Below the pieces are notes generated by a model that had not been told where the DNA came from, did no database searches, and was given only the letters and a program-made list of their open reading frames with translations. DNA of 60,615 nucleotides from an uncultured Thermodesulfobacteriota bacterium (GTDB taxonomy: Bacteria > Desulfobacterota > GWC2-55-46 > JADFVP01), in the NCBI GenBank assembly GCA_964510775.1, contig CAZEBZ010000004.1:1-60615 (forward strand), read 5' to 3'. Below are positions 19,482 through 27,210 of this stretch, one piece after another; positions within the stretch are counted from its first letter, which is position 1, and each line of letters starts with the position of its first letter. The position numbers and the translations under genes were made by a program.

Positions 19482-20861
19482 CTATAGCTTGCTCTGCGGA
19501 CTTTTAATATTAAAGTGCATTCTAAAGCGCTCCATACCATCGGAGGTTCTCGCTACAGGGCCGCTGAACTCAAAATCTGTCATGAAGGCAGATTTTCCCA
19601 TCTTCATAATAAGCGAAGAGGCCCTCTTTGAATAACCCTCTATAGATACGCTGCCGCCCTTAAAATCAAAGGACGAAAGCCATGTATCACGCGGCAGAAG
19701 CGTAGTAAGCTCTCTAAGCACCTCAAGGGCGCCGGGTGTGTATGTACCATTTATTTTTGCAAGTATAGCCCTCTCATCGCCAAGTCCATTCTGCCTGGCA
19801 GTAAGGAGCTGCACCGCCTCTTTTTTTGTCCTAATCTCATCAAGCTTTGTCTCAAGGCCATGCATAGTTACCCAGTCTTTCATTAGATATGACGTGCCTG
19901 CAAGCACAGCGAGGGCGAGGACAATGCCTCCAAGCAGCATGTTGTTCAGCTGCCTTGAACCGGACTTTGAGAGCGCTGATGACGGCGCGAGGTTTATCTT
20001 CATCTGTCCCTTGTCAAGTGCGCCAAGGGCAGCCCCCAGGGCCGTTGCTGCTTTGTTTGGCAGACCAAGGCCGTCGAGGCCCTGCGCCTTTACGGGAAAA
20101 TCCATCTCCGCAGATAAGTCGGAGAGAAAACTGCTTCTTGGTTCGTCGTCGGAAATTAGAATTCCTTCGTCAAAACGCCTCTCTTCCATGGGGCCCTTGA
20201 GGCTGAGGCGTGAGTGGCCAAGCTCTTTCTCTATAAAATCAAGGCACTCCTCTTTCTGGTTCTCACACTTATCCATGTGAAAGCTCTTGGAGTACACGGG
20301 TATGAGGTTGGAGAGTATATCAAGGGTTATAGCTCCGTGATTAAGCCCTATGAGGGCAATGTTCTTCTCTGTAGAGATGTTCTTTGAGTAGTAAAGGCCG
20401 TTAAAGAGCGAGCTGTGCCAGGGAGATACATAAGATGGGGCCAGGCCCGCCTCCGTAAAACTCGTTATTAAATTCTCAACAACTGTTTTTTTAGCCGCCG
20501 CTAAGAGGACGGAATAAATTTTATCTTCTTTTTTTAGTATCTGAAATCCGTGCGCTACCTTCTCAGGATCAAAGGGTATGTGTTTCTCAAGCTCAAAGCT
20601 CAATATGCCTTTAATAGCCTCGCTCTTTGCCGCCGGAAGGTTCAGTACCATAGAGAGAGACGCCTCTCTTGGCAGAGCGAGGGCGATAGCCGGATTTTTG
20701 AGGCCTTTATCGGTGATATAGGACTTTATCTCCTCAATCCTGTCATTAAAAGTAATACCGGTAAGAGGAAAGAACTTCTCAATCCCCGTCTTGAAGGGAT
20801 TGCTCTTAAGGTGAATAACTGACCATGAGGCCTGCCTTGTCTCTATACCTATAACGTCCAT
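19482..20861 (-). CDS. gspL: GspL-like protein (PilM-like cytoplasmic actin-fold domain + TM + PilN-like periplasmic domain)
   Basis: 459 aa with a single central TM (LLGGIVLALAVLAGTSYL). The N-terminus VIGIETRQASWSVIHL is PilM/GspL-like. Located between gspK and the gspM-like gene. Confidence 0.6.
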   Translation of the reverse strand: MDVIGIETRQASWSVIHLKSNPFKTGIEKFFPLTGITFNDRIEEIKSYITDKGLKNPAIALALPREASLSMVLNLPAAKSEAIKGILSFELEKHIPFDPEKVAHGFQILKKEDKIYSVLLAAAKKTVVENLITSFTEAGLAPSYVSPWHSSLFNGLYYSKNISTEKNIALIGLNHGAITLDILSNLIPVYSKSFHMDKCENQKEECLDFIEKELGHSRLSLKGPMEERRFDEGILISDDEPRSSFLSDLSAEMDFPVKAQGLDGLGLPNKAATALGAALGALDKGQMKINLAPSSALSKSGSRQLNNMLLGGIVLALAVLAGTSYLMKDWVTMHGLETKLDEIRTKKEAVQLLTARQNGLGDERAILAKINGTYTPGALEVLRELTTLLPRDTWLSSFDFKGGSVSIEGYSKRASSLIMKMGKSAFMTDFEFSGPVARTSDGMERFRMHFNIKSPQSKL

Positions 20862-20904
20862 ATCAATACCCTGTTCTGAAGTTGGCGTACTATTTAAAAA
20901 CCTG

Positions 20905-21939
20905 TCAGTTGAAAGCCCTTTCGTCGGAGTTCCAGTATATTACTACCGGTTCGTCTCTCTTTGGGAGGCGTTTGGCTATGGCCTTTACTATTACCTTCAT
21001 GCCGTGTACCTCGCCCTCAGACTTGATTGAGAACACCTCGGAAGTTATTCGGCCCCCGAATTTAGGCCACTTTATAATGCCTTTGTTCTCTCTGCTTAGC
21101 TCTATTGCCATTGATCGGCCTTTGCCAAGCATTGCCGTAAGCACTGTGGCATCGGCGGTGTTGAGGTTAACCTTACCCTCACCGGCTACTGTAATGTGCT
21201 GCGCGAGGCCCTTGTAGAGGTGGCGTGAGTTCTCGTTCCCATTATTAGCATTTAGGCCGTACTCATAGGGAAGATTGCCGTCACCGTAGAATATCTCCGG
21301 TGTTACTCCTTTTACGAGAAGGAGTTCCTCTGTGGTATCGAATTTGCCGTCCTTGGCGCCGTATGGCTTCGTTAATGAGCCGTAGTAATCGTCTTCTGCT
21401 CCGTTGAAGTGAAATTCGTGATTTGTATCCCTCCAGTCGAGGATTGAGTCGGCTATGACGTCTCTTGTCGTCGTATCAACGCCTGTCTCAAGGAGAAGAG
21501 CTTTTATCTGCGATCGAGTAGCCGTATTTATATTCAACTTTCCGTCTTCATCATCAATGCGATACCTTACATGACCATCACCGAGGTCTAATTCTCTCGT
21601 TACAGAGGTACTCGTTATCTTGTCGCCTATCTTTTCTCCAAGCGTTACGTCACCTTTTTTATTTATATAAACAAGGTCATACTTGGCGCTGAGCTCGGCA
21701 AGACCAAGGTTTATTCCTGCAAGAGCGAGGTGGCGTGCCGAGGTCTCGTCTTTAAGATTTCTGACAGTATCTGTCTCAATGCGCATGGTATAGGCAAACT
21801 CAATGACAATAAACATGAGAAAGGCCAGTATCCAGAGTACTACTATAAGAGCGATACCTCTCTCACTCTGAAGCCTTTTTGAGGCAGGCGACTTCATGAA
21901 AAGGGTTGAAAAAAATCTCTTAAGCGGCTTTAATGCCAT
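20905..21939 (-). CDS. gspK: T2SS minor pseudopilin K
   Basis: 344 aa. Prepilin-like ERG/IALIVVLWILAFL lacking Glu+5, which is a GspK hallmark. Large globular domain with HhH-like segments. Confidence 0.8.
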   Translation of the reverse strand: MALKPLKRFFSTLFMKSPASKRLQSERGIALIVVLWILAFLMFIVIEFAYTMRIETDTVRNLKDETSARHLALAGINLGLAELSAKYDLVYINKKGDVTLGEKIGDKITSTSVTRELDLGDGHVRYRIDDEDGKLNINTATRSQIKALLLETGVDTTTRDVIADSILDWRDTNHEFHFNGAEDDYYGSLTKPYGAKDGKFDTTEELLLVKGVTPEIFYGDGNLPYEYGLNANNGNENSRHLYKGLAQHITVAGEGKVNLNTADATVLTAMLGKGRSMAIELSRENKGIIKWPKFGGRITSEVFSIKSEGEVHGMKVIVKAIAKRLPKRDEPVVIYWNSDERAFN

Positions 21940-22630
21940 TGATATTACTCTCCGGGAACCTTAAAAGGCCTGCTGTTTTATCTGCCGAGGAGTCGTAGTT
22001 TACACCTACCGGCAAGGTGATTTTGAGTGGTCTCTTATTATCTCTGTAAAATAACTCTACACGTACCGTTGAGGGCAGTGACTTTGTTGCCGCGAGATTC
22101 CACGTTCCCTGCCAGCCATTTGCTCCAAGATATGAGAACCGTACGCTCTCCACATCAGGGTCTAATTCTATGAGACGGTGCGCCTCAATACCTGAATCAA
22201 GGGCGAGGGGAACGGTTTTTTCTACTATTCGCAGCCCATTCTCACTTACTGCGTAACTAACAAAGACGGCACCGCCCCAGGGAAGATCCGTTGATGCGCT
22301 CTTGTGTGCCGTTACAAAGGCGAACTCATTCGATAGTCCCTTGAAGATGTAAGTGTCATGGCCGTTTCTATTCTCAACATAGGGGTACATGGAGGCTACG
22401 TCAGTGCCGAGCTTTTTTATGACAAACCTGCGTGTTCCGCCATCTTTGATAGCATTCTCACCTTTTTCCCAGGCCTTCTGGCCAAGCCTCATGGAGGACA
22501 GTACGAGACCTATCATTATTACGAGTATGGAGAGAGAGAGCATTGTCTCAATAAGGGTAAATCCCCTCTCATCTCTAAGGGAAGAGGAGGTCTTCGTTGA
22601 TTGCTTAACTATTAGCGCCAAAAGAGACAT
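21920..22630 (-). CDS. gspJ: T2SS minor pseudopilin J
   Basis: Prepilin motif RG/FTLIETMLSL. Size and position match GspJ. Overlaps gspK by 20 nt. Confidence 0.7.
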   Translation of the reverse strand: MSLLALIVKQSTKTSSSLRDERGFTLIETMLSLSILVIMIGLVLSSMRLGQKAWEKGENAIKDGGTRRFVIKKLGTDVASMYPYVENRNGHDTYIFKGLSNEFAFVTAHKSASTDLPWGGAVFVSYAVSENGLRIVEKTVPLALDSGIEAHRLIELDPDVESVRFSYLGANGWQGTWNLAATKSLPSTVRVELFYRDNKRPLKITLPVGVNYDSSADKTAGLLRFPESNINGIKAA

Positions 22631-22636
22631 AAGCCT

Positions 22637-23095
22637 CTACTCCTCCAGGAATATAGACTTCATTGATGTAAGCGTATAAGTAGGTTCTTTCTTCTGTGGT
22701 TTTGTAATGCTTACAAGTATTTTCATAATATATAAACCTGCTATGCTGTCGGTATCGGCGTTCTCAACTGTGCCCACATCTACCTGCCAGAGCAGCCCCG
22801 TCCCTGAGCTGCCTTTTTTTGTGTAGGGGTAGATATCTTGATTGGCGAGAGTCTCAGCCATTTTTTCTCTGGCAAGAAGCACGCTCTCAGTATGATCGCT
22901 TGCCGCCATGGCAAGTCCCAGGCCTCCGGAGAAGAGCTGCATGACCATGAGTATGCCTATTCCCAGTATAGCGAGAGAGACCATGACCTCGAGTAGAGTA
23001 AATCCCGTCTCTCTCTTTAAGAGAAGCTCTCTTGTCTTTAGGGGCGCTCTTTTTTCTCTTCGCCCTATGCTATTTTCATACCCTCTTATATTCAC
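22637..23095 (-). CDS. gspI: T2SS minor pseudopilin I
   Basis: Prepilin motif TG/FTLLEVMVSL. 152 aa, located between gspH and gspJ. Confidence 0.65.
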   Translation of the reverse strand: MNIRGYENSIGRREKRAPLKTRELLLKRETGFTLLEVMVSLAILGIGILMVMQLFSGGLGLAMAASDHTESVLLAREKMAETLANQDIYPYTKKGSSGTGLLWQVDVGTVENADTDSIAGLYIMKILVSITKPQKKEPTYTLTSMKSIFLEE

Positions 23096-23105
23096 CGTAA
23101 TGGCC

Positions 23106-23558
23106 TCATATCTCCTGCAGGAGGCGGCTTACGCGCACCCTTCCTGTTGAGGGCTCAACTTTAATCCTATAGGCGGTATTGTTCTTTACGTTATGTACCT
23201 TAAAGACGCCTCCGCTGGAACCGCCTCCGGGGTAGAATGCAATTATACCGTTCTGTGATGAGACCTCAGAGTTTGTTGACGCCGCGATCTCGCGTTTTGC
23301 GGCCTTGGAGCCTGCGGCTTTTATTATAAGTCTGTCCCCCTGGGCCTCGGCATAGTAGACTTTTCTCTCGCGAAGGGCTTGGTTCCTCGAGTACTTAAGG
23401 GAGGCGGCCATTCTACGCGTAGTCGTCTTCATACCTATCTTGCTGAGACCAGATAAAATGGAAGGAAATATGAGTGAGACGGAGAGGCAGAAGATCATGA
23501 GCACGACCATTATCTCAATAAGGGTAAAGCCCTTGTCTTCGTGAAGCCTTCTCCTCAT
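23106..23558 (-). CDS. gspH: T2SS minor pseudopilin H
   Basis: Prepilin motif KG/FTLIEIMVVL. 150 aa, follows gspG. Confidence 0.7.
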   Translation of the reverse strand: MRRRLHEDKGFTLIEIMVVLMIFCLSVSLIFPSILSGLSKIGMKTTTRRMAASLKYSRNQALRERKVYYAEAQGDRLIIKAAGSKAAKREIAASTNSEVSSQNGIIAFYPGGGSSGGVFKVHNVKNNTAYRIKVEPSTGRVRVSRLLQEI

Positions 23559-24034
23559 GGCAGTCCTTTCCAGCTGACTATATCGGCATTCTTGCCCTCT
23601 CCGCCATCAAGTGCATCTGCGCCGAGGGAGACAAGGTCGTAGTCGCCGTGTTTACCTGGTGATGTATATACGTAGGCATTACCCCATGCGTCTACGGGGA
23701 GCTCCTTCTTAAGATAAGGGCCCTCCCATCCGCTCTGTACGGAAGATGGTTTTATTAAGAGGGCCTCAAGGCCTTCGTGAGTATCAGGGTAGTTGCCCGT
23801 ATCAAGACGGTACATATCAAGGGCTGCGCCGAGAAGCTCAATCTGTGCATAAGATGTTTTTACCCGTGACTGGTCAACTTTACCGAAAAACTTCGGCGCT
23901 ACGAGAGTGGCGAGAAGACCGATGATAATGACAACGACTATTATCTCGATGAGGGTAAATCCGCTCTCTGACCTTAGACGGTCTCTTAAGTATGAGCCGC
24001 TCTGCATGTTCTTTTTTTTATCTGTTGTATTCAA
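23555..24034 (-). CDS. gspG: T2SS major pseudopilin
   Basis: SG/FTLIEIIVVVIIIGLLATLVAPKF..., GLEALL, GPYLKK, DAWGN.YVY.SPG.HGDYDLVSLGADALDGGEGKNADI is classic GspG. TTG at 24034 has AAGGAG 6 nt upstream; ATG at 24007 is the alternative. The track's 24109 start overlaps gspF. Confidence 0.9.
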   Translation of the reverse strand: MNTTDKKKNMQSGSYLRDRLRSESGFTLIEIIVVVIIIGLLATLVAPKFFGKVDQSRVKTSYAQIELLGAALDMYRLDTGNYPDTHEGLEALLIKPSSVQSGWEGPYLKKELPVDAWGNAYVYTSPGKHGDYDLVSLGADALDGGEGKNADIVSWKGLP

Positions 24035-24044
24035 TTTTATCTCC

Positions 24045-25271
24045 TTACATAGGCATGTCGTTAAGGCTGAATACTGCCAGCATGAGAGAGATAACAACGA
24101 ATCCCACAATGGCGGCCATAACGAGTATTATTAGAGGTTCAAGAAGGGATAGGAGTCTCTTGACGGCCGTGCCTATATCGCGGTCGTATTTATCAGAGAG
24201 CCTTATAAGTGTCTCGTCAAGTTTGCCTGTCTCTTCGCCTATGGCCAGCATGTGTATGGCAAGAGCAGGGAATGCAGATGTCTCTTGAAGCGGGCCGCTT
24301 AGGCCGCGGCCTCTTCTGACTCCGTCTATGGCAGGGCTGATCTCTTGTGTCATAAAAGAGTTGCCAAGGGTCTTTACGGCTATTTGCAGGGACTCAAGTA
24401 TTGGAAGTCCGCCCTGCATTAAGGCTCCAAGCGTACGAGCGAACCTTGATACAGCGGCCTTTCTCAGTATTGGGCCAAAGAGCGGTATACGCAGTTTTAT
24501 CCTGTCAAACCTGACGCGGCCGTCATCAGTCTTCAAGAGCGCCTTTATTCCAAATACAGTAGCGGCGATTAGTATAAGTATGACGGGCCAGAACCTTGTC
24601 ATTGTTCCGCTGATATTAAGCAGTATCTGCGTGGGCAGAGGCATGACTCCGCCCATGTCCTCTAATATGACAGAGAATTTTGGTATAAAGACAAGGAGCA
24701 TAAGGGCTACGGCGCTGCCTCCGACGAGTACAAGGAGCAGGGGGTATATAAGGGCCGAGCGTATGTCCTCTTTTAGTCTCTTGGCGTCTTCTATGAATGT
24801 CTTCAGGCGCGATAGTACAATCTCCAGCGAACCACCGGCCTCGCCGGCGTGTACGGTATTTACATAGACCTCACTGAAGAGGTGAGGGTGCTTGGCAAGG
24901 GAGTCGGCAAAGGTCTCGCCTGATTGAATATCTTTATGTACTTGAGCTATGACCTTGGCGAAGGCCTCGTTTTTCTCAAGTTCGGCGAGTATTGAGAGCG
25001 ATCGGTCAAGGGGCAGCCCTGCCTCGAGCATATCTGCGAGCTCCTGAGTGAAACCCACGATAAGAGAGGGTGAGGCCTTCTTGCGAAATAGGCTAAAACC
25101 GCCTTTAGTAGAGACAGGGCTCTTTTCATCTTCTGCGGTGCTGCCGATACGTATGGGAAAATACCCCATATCACGAAGTTTCTCCACCAGGGAGTCTTTG
25201 TTCTTCGCCTCAAGGGAACCCTTAACGAATTTGCCTGTGGCATCTGTTGCGTGGTATAGAAAAAGCGCCAT
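24045..25271 (-). CDS. gspF: T2SS inner-membrane platform protein
   Basis: 408 aa with duplicated T2SSF domains and three TM segments. Typical GspF/PilC layout. Confidence 0.9.
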   Translation of the reverse strand: MALFLYHATDATGKFVKGSLEAKNKDSLVEKLRDMGYFPIRIGSTAEDEKSPVSTKGGFSLFRKKASPSLIVGFTQELADMLEAGLPLDRSLSILAELEKNEAFAKVIAQVHKDIQSGETFADSLAKHPHLFSEVYVNTVHAGEAGGSLEIVLSRLKTFIEDAKRLKEDIRSALIYPLLLVLVGGSAVALMLLVFIPKFSVILEDMGGVMPLPTQILLNISGTMTRFWPVILILIAATVFGIKALLKTDDGRVRFDRIKLRIPLFGPILRKAAVSRFARTLGALMQGGLPILESLQIAVKTLGNSFMTQEISPAIDGVRRGRGLSGPLQETSAFPALAIHMLAIGEETGKLDETLIRLSDKYDRDIGTAVKRLLSLLEPLIILVMAAIVGFVVISLMLAVFSLNDMPM

Positions 25272-25324
25272 TGTTGTATTAATTCTCCAGTTGAAGTGTC
25301 TTTTGGCACGTTATTAACAGTTGC

Positions 25325-27028
25325 TTATGTTAGTGTGACACGGCCTACCTCTTCTACAGTGGTTATGCCCTTTAAGACCTTGTCCCAGCCGTCCTCTCTT
25401 AGAGTAATCATGCCGTTCTCAATGGCTTTTTGCCGGATTACGTCAGAGCTGCTTTTTTCCACTATAAGGTGTCTTATCTCGTCGTTAACGAGCATTAGCT
25501 CGAATAGTCCCGTACGGCCTCTGTACCCTGTGTTGCTGCACTCTTTGCACCCAGAGCCCTTGTAGGTCACTATGTCTTTGACGTTAAGGTCTTTTATGCG
25601 GCGGTACTCATCGGCAATACGCCTTCTAAGCTCTGTCTCTGCGGTGTCTTTCACCTTGCAGTTCTCGCATATTACTCGTACGAGCCTCTGCGCGAGTACG
25701 CCGAGCAGGCTTGAGGATATAAGGAAACCCTCTACGCCCATATCAATAAGGCGTGTTACGGCCCCGGGGGCGTCGTTGGTGTGCAGTGTGGATAAAATCA
25801 TGTGACCGGTGAGGGCCGAGTGTATGGCTATATCCGCTGTCTCGCCGTCTCTTATCTCACCTACGAGTACTACGTCGGGATCCTGCCTTACTATGGAGCG
25901 CAGGCCGTTGCCGAAGGTAAGTCCTATCTTTGGCTTTACCTGTATCTGATTGATGCCCTCAAGCTTGTACTCTACGGGATCCTCAATGGTAATTACTTTC
26001 TTACTCGTTATGTCTATCTTTGATAGCGTTGCGTAAAGGGTAGTGGATTTACCGCTCCCTGTTGGGCCCGTTACAAGCACCATGCCGTGGGGCTGGTTTA
26101 TCATGGCGGAGAATGCGTCTCTCTTTACCTTTGAGAAACCAAGGGACTCCAGTGTCATTACGCCGTCAGGGTCGAGGAGTCTCATTACGAGGGACTCGCC
26201 GTGAAGCGTTGGTATTATGGAGACTCGAATGTCAATGCCCTTGCCGTTTAGCCGGAGTTTTATCCGACCGTCCTGAGGAAGTCTTCTCTCGGCGATATTG
26301 AGCTTGGACATAATCTTTATTCTTGAGGATATGGCCGGGTGGAGGCGTTTTGGCATGGACTCCACCTCGTGCATAATGCCGTCTACCCTGTAGCGGATAT
26401 GTATGGTGTTCTCGTATGGCTCTATGTGAATATCGCTCGCCTTTCTCTCTACGGCGTTACGAATAAGCATATTTACAAGATTTATAACAGGTGCCTCGAG
26501 GGCCATGTCTTTTAACTGCTCTACGTCGTCAATATCAAGGTCGCTTGAGGTATCTTTTTCGTCAATATCCTCAATTATCTTCTCCATTGTGACAGGGCCT
26601 TCGCCGTAGTAACTCTCTATGGCCTGGAGGATATCTGTCTCAGAGCCTATTACCACATCTATCTCAAGGCCCGTTGAGAAGGAAAAGGCCTCAGTCGGTA
26701 TGTGGTTCAGGGGGTCGGCCGCGGCCACTGTGAGTACGCCGTTATTTTTTTTAACGGGTACGACCTTGTAGTTTCTCATGAACTTTAGTGAGGGCGCAGT
26801 CTCAAGGGCAGGGGGGGATGTGGGATAATCTTCCTGGCAGATGCAGGGAATTCCAAGTTGAGTACTCAGTACTCGGAGCATGTCTTGCTCGGTAATGCAG
26901 CCGAGCTTTACGAGTCTGACGCCTAATTTTTCGCCTGTGCGGGCCTGTTCTTCAAGTGCGGCGGCGAGAATCTTTTCATCAATTAACCCGTCATTCAGGA
27001 ATAATTCGCCTATAGGTAAAGCTTTCAT
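25325..27028 (-). CDS. gspE: T2SS ATPase with an MshEN-type N-terminal domain
   Basis: 567 aa. Walker A GPTGSGKST, tetracysteine CENC...CKEC, and Asp and His boxes. The N-terminal T2SSE_N domain carries two 24-aa MshEN-like motifs. Confidence 0.9.
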   Translation of the reverse strand: MKALPIGELFLNDGLIDEKILAAALEEQARTGEKLGVRLVKLGCITEQDMLRVLSTQLGIPCICQEDYPTSPPALETAPSLKFMRNYKVVPVKKNNGVLTVAAADPLNHIPTEAFSFSTGLEIDVVIGSETDILQAIESYYGEGPVTMEKIIEDIDEKDTSSDLDIDDVEQLKDMALEAPVINLVNMLIRNAVERKASDIHIEPYENTIHIRYRVDGIMHEVESMPKRLHPAISSRIKIMSKLNIAERRLPQDGRIKLRLNGKGIDIRVSIIPTLHGESLVMRLLDPDGVMTLESLGFSKVKRDAFSAMINQPHGMVLVTGPTGSGKSTTLYATLSKIDITSKKVITIEDPVEYKLEGINQIQVKPKIGLTFGNGLRSIVRQDPDVVLVGEIRDGETADIAIHSALTGHMILSTLHTNDAPGAVTRLIDMGVEGFLISSSLLGVLAQRLVRVICENCKVKDTAETELRRRIADEYRRIKDLNVKDIVTYKGSGCKECSNTGYRGRTGLFELMLVNDEIRHLIVEKSSSDVIRQKAIENGMITLREDGWDKVLKGITTVEEVGRVTLT

Positions 27029-27140
27029 GACTTGGCTCCCTCCGGGTTGACTGTCTTTTTAATATTTGGAGTTTAACTCTATAAATCAGTCTTACTTTTT
27101 TAAAATAATTTATTGTCTTGCTCTTATTGCTGAGTTTTTT

Positions 27141-27193
27141 TTAAAAAAAGGATTCTCTCCGCGGCCAAAGGCGGCCGCGGAGAGCCCTTTTTT
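27141..27193. terminator. GC-rich perfect hairpin flanked by A- and T-runs (bidirectional intrinsic terminator) between the giant gene and gspE
   Basis: 12-bp perfect stem CTCTCCGCGGCC (27155-27166) / GGCCGCGGAGAG (27173-27184). On the minus strand it is followed by AATCC + T7; on the plus strand by CCC + T6. Confidence 0.6.
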
Positions 27194-27210
27194 ATGTTAC
27201 CGGAGCCTCA

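Noticed and set aside
19738-20280. 180-aa + strand ORF inside the gspL-like gene. Similar cases: 179 aa at 24328-24867 inside gspF, 184 aa at 36383-36937 inside guaA, and 179 aa at 37949-38488 inside the LOG gene.
   Set aside because: All are antisense to genes with strong family signatures. They are Ser/Arg/Pro-rich shadow ORFs with no independent evidence.
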